Part shown: in pieces, positions 1 to 8,790 of the stretch
How the letters are laid out: the number at the start of each line of letters is the position of its first letter
Numbering within the stretch: the first letter of the stretch is position 1
Notes under the pieces: generated by a model
Database searches by the model: none
What the model was told of the DNA's origin: nothing
The model's input: the letters and a program-made list of their open reading frames with translations, nothing else
Program-made: the position numbers and the translations under genes
IMG/VR virus record: IMGVR_UViG_3300031992_000021
Span: 32,001-96,000 of that record
Strand: one strand, 5' to 3'
Source: a virus
Lineage: Duplodnaviria; Caudoviricetes
Length of the DNA stretch: 64,000 nucleotides

Positions 1-818
1 TCTCCGTAGAATACGTCGTCCTTCAGCTTCTGGATATCGGCATCTGACATCCAGTTCGGCTCAACCCACTCGTAGTCCGCGAACCACTTCGCGATCCACT
101 GCCTTAGCCCGGACATCTTGGGCGCGTTGAGGGCCGATGAAAACTCGTCTATCGCATCCTGGACCGGATTCTTTCCGTCAGACCCAACGACAAAGCTGAC
201 GCCCTGCTCCCTCATGCGCCTCTTCACGGCTTTCGCCGCCATCGAGACAAGCCTCTCCTTGGATTTGCCTCCCATGTAGTATCCCAAGCCTCCGTTGCAC
301 GAGTGCTCTGCGACGACATTGACGGCCTCGGGGAATGTGGCGACGCTCCAGATCATTCCGGACTTGTGTTTTCTCACTGTACGGACCGTCACAGGATACT
401 TGGCAAGCCAGTCGACTTTAGGATTTTCCATCGACAGCATTTTCTCGCTTGTTCGAGGTATCGTGTCGTAGGTCCTCAGAGGATTGACATCGTATCCGTC
501 AATGGCGAGCAGCTTCGCGTCGACCTCCTCGCTCAGATCCGAACACTGGTTGCGAAGCCAGTTGCCGAGGATGTCGAACGGATAAACCATGGCTCCGTTG
601 TTGCCTGACCTTACACGTTCGATCGCTCTGTCTATAACGGACTTCATCTCGTCCTTGGAGAGAGACTTCGCAAACTCCTGCAGTTCCCTGATAGTTCCGG
701 GATAGCCATCCCGCAACTCCTTTCCCCTTGCGACTATCTCGTCTGCCGTTCTGGCGGCAAAGGCGCTGATACACATGGCTGACGACACGAGAGCCATTAT
801 GACTACCATCTTTTTCAT
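1..818 (-). CDS. Secreted hypothetical protein (partial, runs off the window start; absent from the ORF track)
   Basis: Manual translation from ATG at 818: MKKMVVIMALVSSAMCISAFAARTADEIVARGKELRDG..., open to position 1. Sec-type signal peptide ending in AFA. AAGGA SD and an extended -10 box at 852-860 lie upstream. Confidence 0.8.
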   Translation of the reverse strand, partial: MKKMVVIMALVSSAMCISAFAARTADEIVARGKELRDGYPGTIRELQEFAKSLSKDEMKSVIDRAIERVRSGNNGAMVYPFDILGNWLRNQCSDLSEEVDAKLLAIDGYDVNPLRTYDTIPRTSEKMLSMENPKVDWLAKYPVTVRTVRKHKSGMIWSVATFPEAVNVVAEHSCNGGLGYYMGGKSKERLVSMAAKAVKRRMREQGVSFVVGSDGKNPVQDAIDEFSSALNAPKMSGLRQWIAKWFADYEWVEPNWMSDADIQKLKDDVFYG

Positions 819-851
819 GATGTTCCTTTCCTTTGATTTTTCTGTCTCACC

Positions 852-860
852 ATTATACCA
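852..860 (-). promoter_or_regulatory. Extended -10 promoter (TGGTATAAT)
   Basis: Perfect TGnTATAAT on the minus strand in the intergenic gap upstream of the CDS starting at 818. Confidence 0.65.
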
Positions 861-865
861 TAAAA

Positions 866-1660
866 TCACTGCACAGCCCAATTCGGGAGTTCAGAGAACC
901 AGCGCACAGGAGCTATCGGGTGCCACAGGGTCTTCGTCGACCCATCCTCGTGCTCTGCATCGTTGTTCATGTTCCTCAGATAGCACCACATGAGGTCCTC
1001 GTTGTCCTCCCTGAGCCAGTCGCCTGGGTGTTTTACAATGCAGGATGAGTCGACGAGCACCACGACGTTCCTGAGCTCATACCCCCAGTCGATCGTGTTC
1101 CCTATCTTGGTATACGCACGGACGTCCCACGAGCTTCCGTATCCCGTTCCAACGTACATCTTCATCTTGTCCCAGTTGTTCCCGTCTTCGGACCCCTTGT
1201 CCGCCACTTCGCTCTGGGAGTAGAACTGGAGTCGGGTCTCCTCCGTGCCGGCGGAGTGCGAGAAGTTGTTCGTGGATGCCTTCAGCTCGAACCCCGCGAA
1301 ACTGGACGACATGGACCTCCAGTAGTTTGAATACCACGAGCTCGCCGTGTGTGCAGTAACGCATCGGTACGGAGAGCCATTGTACATCACGGCGTCTCCT
1401 CTGTAGTAGTACGTGCCGGTAGAGAACTCAGGATATCCCATCGGAGGTTCCCTGTTGACCGGTATGATGAACATGGCTATCCGCCTGACCGGCGCCCTGT
1501 CGTCAACCACCCTGTCTACGTAGTTGCTGACCGCCGAAACCTTGTTCGTCACGAACGTCTCGGTGGCCATCCTCGCCGTTGCCCCGATCGTCTGAAGCGG
1601 AAGCGCCGACATGGCTGAAACTGTAAATGCGCAAAGCGCAGCTGCCTTTGTTTTTTTCAT
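866..1660 (-). CDS. Exported protein with a CBM5/12-like carbohydrate-binding module
   Basis: Basic-hydrophobic N-terminus (MKKTKAAALCAFTVSAMSALP). FSTGTYYYRGDAVMYNGSPYRCVTAHT..W is a CBM5/12-type motif. ATGA overlap with the upstream gene. Confidence 0.65.
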   Translation of the reverse strand: MKKTKAAALCAFTVSAMSALPLQTIGATARMATETFVTNKVSAVSNYVDRVVDDRAPVRRIAMFIIPVNREPPMGYPEFSTGTYYYRGDAVMYNGSPYRCVTAHTASSWYSNYWRSMSSSFAGFELKASTNNFSHSAGTEETRLQFYSQSEVADKGSEDGNNWDKMKMYVGTGYGSSWDVRAYTKIGNTIDWGYELRNVVVLVDSSCIVKHPGDWLREDNEDLMWCYLRNMNNDAEHEDGSTKTLWHPIAPVRWFSELPNWAVQ

Positions 1661-2151
1661 CTTGTCACTCCGTTTTGTTCTACGGCTATGGTCTTTACCC
1701 CGTTGCCGTCCTCAACAGTTATCTTGTGGTACAGTCCGGTAGACTCGTCCTTTGCGTACGCGTCGTCCGAGGACACTCCAGAGATCCCGTTCTGGTCGAC
1801 CGCGATCGTCTTTATACCACCGGAATCCTCTATCGCAAGCTTGTAGAATAGTCCTGTCGAGGCTTCCCTGGCGTAGAGATCTTCAGGTATTCCGCCTCCG
1901 CCTCCTCCGCCGCCATCTCCTTTCATTGAAAGCGCTTCGTCGACCGTCGTTTCGGTGAAATGCGATGGATCCCACGCCCCTGAATGCACGACTGTGCATC
2001 TGTAGAGCGTGTCCCCGCGGTACACAAGGCGCCCTTCTGAATACGCTGCCGATTCGCTGAACGTCGGCGCAAGGGCCGACTTCTCGACCTTCTGCCCGAT
2101 CGCGCTCCGGAGCATTCCGAACGCCGCTATGACTTTCTGGTATAGTGTCAT
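1657..2151 (-). CDS. Small fibre-associated protein: CBM5/12-like module, poly-Gly linker and two copies of the shared C-terminal module
   Basis: FSESAAYSEGRLVYRGDTLYRCTVVHSGAWDPSHF, a G8 linker, then YAREASTGLFYKL...VDQNG and YAKDESTGLYHKI...VEQNG. Confidence 0.7.
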   Translation of the reverse strand: MTLYQKVIAAFGMLRSAIGQKVEKSALAPTFSESAAYSEGRLVYRGDTLYRCTVVHSGAWDPSHFTETTVDEALSMKGDGGGGGGGGIPEDLYAREASTGLFYKLAIEDSGGIKTIAVDQNGISGVSSDDAYAKDESTGLYHKITVEDGNGVKTIAVEQNGVTR

Positions 2152-2167
2152 GGCGCTTCGCCCCCGG

Positions 2168-2689
2168 TCACTCCTCCGCCGCCTTCAGTATGGCCGCAAC
2201 AGTTTCGTCGTCAACGCCAAGCGCATTCTTCGCAAGGCTTACCCATGAATTGAAAAGCTCGTTGTCAGCTGAAAGGTCCTGGGACAGCGAGAACGCCTCC
2301 CATGCGTTAAGTCCGTCGACCTCCTGCGTCTGAAGCCACTCCTTCAGCTGCTGCCACTTGCCTATCTTGGACAGGGCGACGTACAGCTTGAGCTTTGAAT
2401 ATCTTGGAGGCTTGACGAAACCGGTGGCGGAGAACAGCTTGTTCGTGACCGTCCATGACCTGCCGCTCTGGACGTACGTGCAGATCATCACGCCGTTAGT
2501 CACCGTCCTCGACTGGAGCCTGCGCTGCGACGATATCGCCTCAAGCCTCCTCACGGCAGCCTTTCCGATCGCCTTCTCAAGGGAGTTGGTCGATGAAGGC
2601 GATGCCGCAAGAGACGTCACGGCCGAGAATATCGCCAGAAAGGCGGTCGCCGCCACCGATATGAAAGATCTCGCTCTTGGTGTATTCAT
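2168..2689 (-). CDS. Exported hypothetical protein
   Basis: Signal peptide (...AATAFLAIFSAVTSLA-A), GGAG SD, compact helical C-terminal domain. Confidence 0.65.
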   Translation of the reverse strand: MNTPRARSFISVAATAFLAIFSAVTSLAASPSSTNSLEKAIGKAAVRRLEAISSQRRLQSRTVTNGVMICTYVQSGRSWTVTNKLFSATGFVKPPRYSKLKLYVALSKIGKWQQLKEWLQTQEVDGLNAWEAFSLSQDLSADNELFNSWVSLAKNALGVDDETVAAILKAAEE

Positions 2690-2706
2690 GGTATTCTCCT
2701 TTTGTC

Positions 2707-3573
2707 CTAGTTTTCGATGGGTACGAGCCCGAGAAACGCTCCGTTGTCGAACAGGGCGACCACACCGGTCTCGCTGTTTGTCACCGGTCCGGTGAAAGTC
2801 GGATATGTAGCGCCGCCATCCGTTACCGTAAGAAGGTAGCTTCCGAACGCAACACCGTCAGGGCCGCCCCATTTCCCGTGCGGATTGAGGTTGCAAGGTA
2901 TGTTCCTGAGCGCCTCAGGGCGCTTCACGTAGAGCTTGTGGCACGTGTAGTGGACGTCCGCGGAACTCGTCCTGTGCAGGACTATGTCGTATGTGTTCGT
3001 GAAGTGGTCGGTCGTGTTCTTCTTCGTCCAGCTTCCTGCAACGCGGTTTGTCGTGAATCCGGACTCCCATACGTACGGAACCGTCATCGTTGGAGAATTG
3101 GTGAAGCTCTGGCCGAAATAGATGTACAGCACGTCCTCGTTGGAGGCTGAATCGTAGCTGTTTGACGCGACATAGATGTCGAACCTCCTTGACGTAAGGG
3201 GAACCACGGGAAACTGAAGAGTCACGAACCTGCCTGTCTTCGGCACGTTCGAGAGCGAAGCCCTGAGCGACTCCACTCCGTTCGAGAATCCCTGCTGCCA
3301 GGCCTTTGCGACCCTTCCTATGTTCTTCGCCGTCTCCTCCTCCGCGGCCGCGTCGGCAATCGACGCAAGAACTCTGTTCTTGTCCCTCAGCTGCCCGTCT
3401 TCAGTCTCGGTTATGACGTTCTTCTGCCACGAGAAGTTCGTCACCACTCCGGACACCGACTCCGCCACGACAGACCTTTCAGCCCCAAGCCCCGTGCCAA
3501 GTCCCTCGCCAAGCTGCGCAGACGACGCAACTGCAACGAAGGCAGCCATTGATGCGATTGCGAACCTCATCAT
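2707..3573 (-). CDS. Exported hypothetical protein (paralogue of 4403..5179)
   Basis: Signal peptide MMRFAIASMAAFVAVASSA. DGQL...N.VLAS.AD.A motif and C-terminal ALFDNGAFLG. Confidence 0.7.
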   Translation of the reverse strand: MMRFAIASMAAFVAVASSAQLGEGLGTGLGAERSVVAESVSGVVTNFSWQKNVITETEDGQLRDKNRVLASIADAAAEEETAKNIGRVAKAWQQGFSNGVESLRASLSNVPKTGRFVTLQFPVVPLTSRRFDIYVASNSYDSASNEDVLYIYFGQSFTNSPTMTVPYVWESGFTTNRVAGSWTKKNTTDHFTNTYDIVLHRTSSADVHYTCHKLYVKRPEALRNIPCNLNPHGKWGGPDGVAFGSYLLTVTDGGATYPTFTGPVTNSETGVVALFDNGAFLGLVPIEN

Positions 3574-4406
3574 TCAGCCACCTCCACCTGAAGCCTGAGA
3601 CGCCACATCGACCGTCTGTCGACCATGAATCCTGGAATTATCATGACATGCTGACCGGCTTCTGCCTCTACAGTCATGACCGATTCCCAGTGCCCTCCCC
3701 TGAACATCCTCTCAAATATAACCTGTCCAGGACCCGTCAGAGCCTCAGCTTCCACGGTGTAGGTTATCGTGGCCTTGCTTGACGTCATGACGAGCGAGTC
3801 GAATGTGATTCCACCCTCTGTCTCTATGTATACCGGCGGAAGGTCGTCGCCGACATAAATCTGCTTGTGCTCCCAGGAGTTCGTCGGTCCGAACACGTAG
3901 TACACTGTGGTCGTGGCTCCGTTGATCGTCCACCCCGAATCCATCTCTACGCCAGAAGGGAGAGCTGCCGTGTTCGCGAAGTTTGTCCATGCGTTTCTGT
4001 TGTCCTCGCGCCACCATATCTTCTGCGCAAGCTCCGAAGGGGTAAACACGGCGTTCGTGACGGAGAATGCGTAGGCGGCTATGTTCGTGCCGTGTCCGAA
4101 GTCATCTATCAACGTATCCGGCACAAGATTCGTAACCGATCCGCCGTGGGCGTATTCGGCGGCGACAAGGCCAATCTCGGGGTCGTGCCCCGTCTTGGAC
4201 ATGATGTTCTTCGATCCTCCGTACATGACGGCCATGCAGACCGAAAGCGTCACGACGATCTTCCCTACGGCGCCAAGCTCCATGAATCTCCTGTGGATGT
4301 CGGACAGGGTCCCGGAGACCATAGGCCACAGGGCGATCGCCGCGCACATTGCCGAAAGAACGGCGGCCGCACAGACAAGTGCGTACATGGCGATTCCGTC
4401 TATCAT
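3570..4406 (-). CDS. Membrane-anchored protein (two N-terminal hydrophobic helices, then YGGSK) with an extracytoplasmic beta-rich domain
   Basis: Start moved from 4460 to ATG 4406, which overlaps the upstream stop (ATGA). Two hydrophobic segments. TN-rich C-terminal region. Confidence 0.65.
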   Translation of the reverse strand: MIDGIAMYALVCAAAVLSAMCAAIALWPMVSGTLSDIHRRFMELGAVGKIVVTLSVCMAVMYGGSKNIMSKTGHDPEIGLVAAEYAHGGSVTNLVPDTLIDDFGHGTNIAAYAFSVTNAVFTPSELAQKIWWREDNRNAWTNFANTAALPSGVEMDSGWTINGATTTVYYVFGPTNSWEHKQIYVGDDLPPVYIETEGGITFDSLVMTSSKATITYTVEAEALTGPGQVIFERMFRGGHWESVMTVEAEAGQHVMIIPGFMVDRRSMWRLRLQVEVAE

Positions 4407-5179
4407 TCCGCAACCCCCACAAGAAGCCCCTTCCTGAACGTAAGCGTCTTCCCTCCCCACGAAACGACGGTTGACACCCCGTCCTTAACTCCGTTCGGAA
4501 GGTCTATAGTCGCGCCGTCGGCTATCGCGGCGTCGTTCGGTATCTTCATGTATGTGAATCCGGAGTTCGCCCTCGGAAGCCACACGTCAACGTAGTACAG
4601 GTGCGAGTATTCGTTGCCGTCTTTGTCCTCATAGGTTCCGGACTCCGCAACCGGTGCGGACACGAAGTCCTCGGCAAGGAAATCCCATTCGCTCCTCGGA
4701 ACCCCGTCGATAACCTGCGCGTAACCGACAAGCGGCTGTACGGTCTGGATGTCTTCCGTGAAGGCGAACCTCATCCTCCACTTCCTCGATTCAACGCCTT
4801 GGATCGTTCCGTTCTCTCCTGTGTCCTTGATGTCTATGACCATGACCTTCGCCGTGGCTTCGTCGAACACGACGGCCGCGTCGAAGGACGACAGCTCTAC
4901 GGAATAGAACACTATCGGAGTGCCGGCGGCAACGTTCGTCGCCACCGCGGAAAGAAGATCGACAGCCTGGTTGAAGCCGTCCCTTGCCGCGTCCTGCTCA
5001 GCCATGGCGACCTGGTTAGACGCGGCCACCTTGGCAAGATCCGCCTGCGTGGCCACTGCGTTTGTGGAGTTGAGCTTTCCGTCGTCTCCTACCATCAGCT
5101 CACGCTGTGCAGGCGGAAGTTCTGCGAATGCCTCCGAAGCCAGAGCAAGAAACGCGAATACAGCAAGTACGGATTTCAC
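4403..5179 (-). CDS. Exported hypothetical protein (paralogue of 2707..3573)
   Basis: Signal peptide MKSVLAVFAFLALASEAFA. DGKL.STNAVATQADLA motif and C-terminal LTFRKGLLVG. Confidence 0.7.
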   Translation of the reverse strand: MKSVLAVFAFLALASEAFAELPPAQRELMVGDDGKLNSTNAVATQADLAKVAASNQVAMAEQDAARDGFNQAVDLLSAVATNVAAGTPIVFYSVELSSFDAAVVFDEATAKVMVIDIKDTGENGTIQGVESRKWRMRFAFTEDIQTVQPLVGYAQVIDGVPRSEWDFLAEDFVSAPVAESGTYEDKDGNEYSHLYYVDVWLPRANSGFTYMKIPNDAAIADGATIDLPNGVKDGVSTVVSWGGKTLTFRKGLLVGVAE

Positions 5180-5421
5180 TTCGCCCCTCCGTTTCCAAAG
5201 CGATTTGAACGCTTCACTCGGAACGGGGCGTTAGGAGGACCGTTGCGCTCGCTTTCCCTGCGCCTTCTGGCCGCCTCCATCCTGGCCTTGCGCTCTTCGC
5301 GCTCTACCCACAGGATCTGGACGCGGTTCGTGAGCTGAGTCCATGCATCGACAGTTGCGATCGGGACCGCATTTGTTGGATTTGCGGCTGCGAGAGCCAC
5401 CATGAAAAGCAGGTTAGTCAT
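5176..5421 (-). CDS. Small hypothetical protein with a short hydrophobic N-terminus and a basic C-terminus
   Basis: Overlaps both neighbours in the operon. MTNLLFMVALAAA N-terminus. Confidence 0.55.
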   Translation of the reverse strand: MTNLLFMVALAAANPTNAVPIATVDAWTQLTNRVQILWVEREERKARMEAARRRRESERNGPPNAPFRVKRSNRFGNGGAK

Positions 5422-7195
5422 TCTTGTGTTCCTCCAGGTAGTTCAGCACGGAGATGTTCTCCGGCAGAAGCGCGTTTACGTTCGTGACAGGTGTCCAGTA
5501 GAGGTAGCCGGCCTTCATTTCACGCCGATACAGGCACTCTTCCTGGGCGTCCCAGATGTAGCTTGAGGTGACGGACACGACAGATCTGACGGCGTTCGTC
5601 ATCGTATCCGGCGAGAGCGACTCGGATTTCTTGGCATAATCCATCGATATCGCCTCATCGAGGGTGTTCGTACCAATCCACACGTCGTGAAGACCGTTCG
5701 TCACTCCCAAGGTGATGGTCCCGTCGCCATGCGATCTCGTCTCGGGTCCGTTTACCGTGTTGAAACCTGCCGATATCACGACTGCACGGCTGTTCGTGTT
5801 CCACGCATACGTTCCGATCGATACGGAGTCTGTGACATTGGATGCGACATGTCCGCCAAGTGCGTATGTGCGGGTTCCAAATGCCTGCGATCCATAAATG
5901 CCGAAGATGCTCGTCGGACGCCGCCCCATGCCGAGCGCGACGGAACCCGGCCCTGCGTAGCTGTTGTATCCGATGGCCAATCCGTTCTCTTCGGCTTCGG
6001 CAAGCGTTCCGATGGCCGTTCCAAGATACGCCTTTGCCTTTGCTCCAGATCCTATGGCGATCGTGTTCGTCGCCTGCGCTTCCGCAAACGTTCCGATGCC
6101 TATCGAATTGAGATCCATTGCCTTCGCAGGGCCAAGTGCGAGAGCCTGAGGTCCTGTAGCCTCGGCGAAAGCGCCGAATGCGCTTGCATAGTTGTTGGAA
6201 GAGACGGCCTTGTATCCGACGGCAGACCCCCATGAGAAGAACGCCTGCGAGAACAGGCCGCCCGCGAACGCCTCGCTTGCAAGGGAGAGGTTGTTGAATC
6301 CGAGCGCTACCGCGTAGTCGGCCTTTGCCTCGGAAGTTCCGAACGCCATTGCGAAATCTCCGTTAGCTATGGCATATGGGCCTACAGCCATGGCATGTTC
6401 GCCTTCAACGGTGCTGTCATGTCCTACAAGAATGATTCCGTCGCTAGACTCGCTCCAGGTATTGTCTCTGCCTATTATGATATTGGAATTTGTCTGCCAC
6501 TCGTCGAAGTCTTCGATCAGGAGAAGCTTTGACAGATCAGGCTTGTCTGTAAGGTCGTAATACGCGCCAGATGTAGCCACTGCTGCGAACGACGGCTTAG
6601 ATCCTATCTCGGTCCACGTGTAGCTTGGCTTGGTCTGCGCCTTCGCCCACGGGTAGATCGTTGGATCGGATTCCGTGAACGAAGTGAGCCACGGAGGGTT
6701 GTATATCGCAGAAGGAGGTATTGCGTTCGTTGGGTATGGGAGCTTGTCCTGCTTCTTAGCAAGATGAGTGTATGCACCACCTGTCGTGAATTTAGTTGTT
6801 CCGCCCGATACAGGCGTAGCGCTGTCTCCGGTATTCGCAACGTTGCCAAGATCCACGTCAGACTTCCCGATCGTCACGGAGCCGGTCTTGCCGTTTACGC
6901 TTGTCACCGGAGCCGCAGGGACTCCGCTTATCGACGAGTATGGTATTGCGTTCGTCGGATACGGAAGTTTGTCCTGCTTTGCGCCAACCTTCTCGTCAGT
7001 CTCATCCTTGGTGTAGGTGTTATCCTCGATTGATTCTATTTTTCTCAGATTAGACGAGACCTCGTCCATTATCGAGTTGCTGACCGAAGTCACCTTCCGG
7101 TCGACATATTCCCTGGAGGCGGTGACGTTCACCGCTCCGTACGATTCGATTGCCGCGAACGCCAGAATCACAGCCGACATTCTGCAGAACCTCAT
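5414..7195 (-). CDS. Tail-fibre-like adhesin with a signal peptide and YadA-head-like repeats
   Basis: Signal peptide MRFCRMSAVILAFAAIESYG. Phage fibre motifs VTSVNGKTG.V...DVDLGNV.NT and ESDPT..WAK..KPSYT..EIG..FAAVATSG.Y.DL.DKP. Many ~14-aa A.A.G..A.A repeats. No autotransporter anchor. Confidence 0.75.
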   Translation of the reverse strand: MRFCRMSAVILAFAAIESYGAVNVTASREYVDRKVTSVSNSIMDEVSSNLRKIESIEDNTYTKDETDEKVGAKQDKLPYPTNAIPYSSISGVPAAPVTSVNGKTGSVTIGKSDVDLGNVANTGDSATPVSGGTTKFTTGGAYTHLAKKQDKLPYPTNAIPPSAIYNPPWLTSFTESDPTIYPWAKAQTKPSYTWTEIGSKPSFAAVATSGAYYDLTDKPDLSKLLLIEDFDEWQTNSNIIIGRDNTWSESSDGIILVGHDSTVEGEHAMAVGPYAIANGDFAMAFGTSEAKADYAVALGFNNLSLASEAFAGGLFSQAFFSWGSAVGYKAVSSNNYASAFGAFAEATGPQALALGPAKAMDLNSIGIGTFAEAQATNTIAIGSGAKAKAYLGTAIGTLAEAEENGLAIGYNSYAGPGSVALGMGRRPTSIFGIYGSQAFGTRTYALGGHVASNVTDSVSIGTYAWNTNSRAVVISAGFNTVNGPETRSHGDGTITLGVTNGLHDVWIGTNTLDEAISMDYAKKSESLSPDTMTNAVRSVVSVTSSYIWDAQEECLYRREMKAGYLYWTPVTNVNALLPENISVLNYLEEHKND

Positions 7196-8715
7196 TTCTC
7201 CACTCCTTCCTGATCAACTCCGATGTTTACCTCGCCAGTCTCCTCGTCGGTGACGGCAAGAATCCTGTAGAACTTGCCGTCTCCCTCGTTCGGGACGAAC
7301 ACTCCGGGAACGAACGGGACGACTCCGCCGTCGGCGAGTATCGCGTCGAGCGCCCTCTCGATCTCCATTACCTTCACATACGCAGGATCTGACACGCCGA
7401 AAACCGTGAACACTCGGCCTTCGGTTGCTGATTCTACAAACCTGTACGTGACGACCTGACCTGCCGGCGCGTAAAGGGTCACGTCTCCGCCGGCGTAGTC
7501 CTTGAGGCTCGCCGACGCAAGTACGACAGGAACATCTTCCTCGGAGGATATGTTCAGGACGACATAGAAGTCCCTCGCGTTTCCTGTTCCGACGGAAGCC
7601 GGAAGTCCGAGCCTGATCGTCTTGTTTTCCGAGATGGTAGCCGTGACGACGTTTACGGTCCTGTCCTTCAGGTTGAAGAGCATCACAGTGCTGTCGCCAG
7701 ATGCCGAAGAGAGGATGTTCTCGACCCTGTACCTGATGTTCGGCTTGTTCTTGATGAACGCAGGATCCTCCGGATCCTCCTCGTTCCAGTCCGGATGGGC
7801 CTGAATCGAAGCCGCTGCGACTATCTCGTCCAGGTCGGCCTCTCTCCAGTCTTCGGCATTCCACTCTGCTCCCTGTGAGACGGCAGAGGTGCAGATGTAC
7901 AACTTGCCGCCGCGGGAACACTTGTCGCCTGCGGCATATCCGCTTTCCGACGTGTCGTACGCCTTCAGGAGCGAACTTCCTGGAAGGTATCCTGAGTCGT
8001 TCTCGAACTCGCTCAGCTTGGTCGGAAGGTCGTCCTCCGTGATGAATCCGGAGTCGTTGGTAAGCTGGCTCGTCTTGGACGGAAGCGATCCGGCAAGCTG
8101 CGCTATCCTCGTGGCGATCGAAAGCTCCACCGAAGCGTTTGTAGAGAAGATCGCAGCCGGTCCTCTTCCTGCAGTTGTGCATATCTGTAGGACGACGTCT
8201 CCAGTCTCATCGTCCCTCTTCCTGGCAAGCATCCCGACCGTGTAGTACTTGCTTCCGCTGTATGCAGGGGCGAGGTTCAGGAGCGACGCAAGGCCCTCGT
8301 TCGAGTAGGCAGACAGCATCGCGAGGATGACGTTTGCGCCAGCTGCTGTGAGGACCAGATCCCACTTTGACGGATCGAACGAAGACGAAGACGTGTGGGC
8401 GGCCTTGCACCGGTAGCCGGCTCCACCATGCTTGCAGTAGCTTCCTACTGAATATGACGTAGAGGCAGACCACGCGGACGAGTTGAACGCAGCGATCGCG
8501 TAAACTCCGTTCACGGCGTCCCAGATCGATCCGGATGCCTCCTCGACGGCAGACTCTACATCCTCCTGCGTTATGAAATCGGATGGCTTCTTGCCGCTGT
8601 CGAGAAGTGCTCCGTTAGTGCCGAACAAGGCGATATTTCCAGAGACGGCGCCAGAGGGCACTGTTGCGGCACCCTCTACGTCGCTCAAATACGCTATGTT
8701 CTCCTTCTGGGCCAT
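7192..8715 (-). CDS. Tail fibre protein with 2-3 CBM5/12-like modules
   Basis: GNIALF...G.LLDSGKK..DF, PSKTSQLTNDSGF/PTKLSEFENDSGY and DWNE.DP.DPAFIKNKP fibre motifs. CBM-like W/Y..GY.C repeats. Shared C-terminal module. Confidence 0.75.
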   Translation of the reverse strand: MAQKENIAYLSDVEGAATVPSGAVSGNIALFGTNGALLDSGKKPSDFITQEDVESAVEEASGSIWDAVNGVYAIAAFNSSAWSASTSYSVGSYCKHGGAGYRCKAAHTSSSSFDPSKWDLVLTAAGANVILAMLSAYSNEGLASLLNLAPAYSGSKYYTVGMLARKRDDETGDVVLQICTTAGRGPAAIFSTNASVELSIATRIAQLAGSLPSKTSQLTNDSGFITEDDLPTKLSEFENDSGYLPGSSLLKAYDTSESGYAAGDKCSRGGKLYICTSAVSQGAEWNAEDWREADLDEIVAAASIQAHPDWNEEDPEDPAFIKNKPNIRYRVENILSSASGDSTVMLFNLKDRTVNVVTATISENKTIRLGLPASVGTGNARDFYVVLNISSEEDVPVVLASASLKDYAGGDVTLYAPAGQVVTYRFVESATEGRVFTVFGVSDPAYVKVMEIERALDAILADGGVVPFVPGVFVPNEGDGKFYRILAVTDEETGEVNIGVDQEGVEK

Positions 8716-8743
8716 TTAATTCCTCTTGAAAGTTCTTACCTTA

Positions 8744-8752
8744 ATTATATCA
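8744..8752 (-). promoter_or_regulatory. Extended -10 promoter (TGATATAAT) of the fibre operon
   Basis: Perfect TGnTATAAT in the intergenic gap upstream of 8715. Confidence 0.65.
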
Positions 8753-8790
8753 AAATGACCGGATCGGTTCGGGGACCGACGGCATGGTTT

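Noticed and set aside
5414-7195. Trimeric autotransporter adhesin
   Set aside because: It has a signal peptide and head repeats but no C-terminal beta-barrel anchor or terminal aromatic residue, and it carries phage fibre motifs instead.
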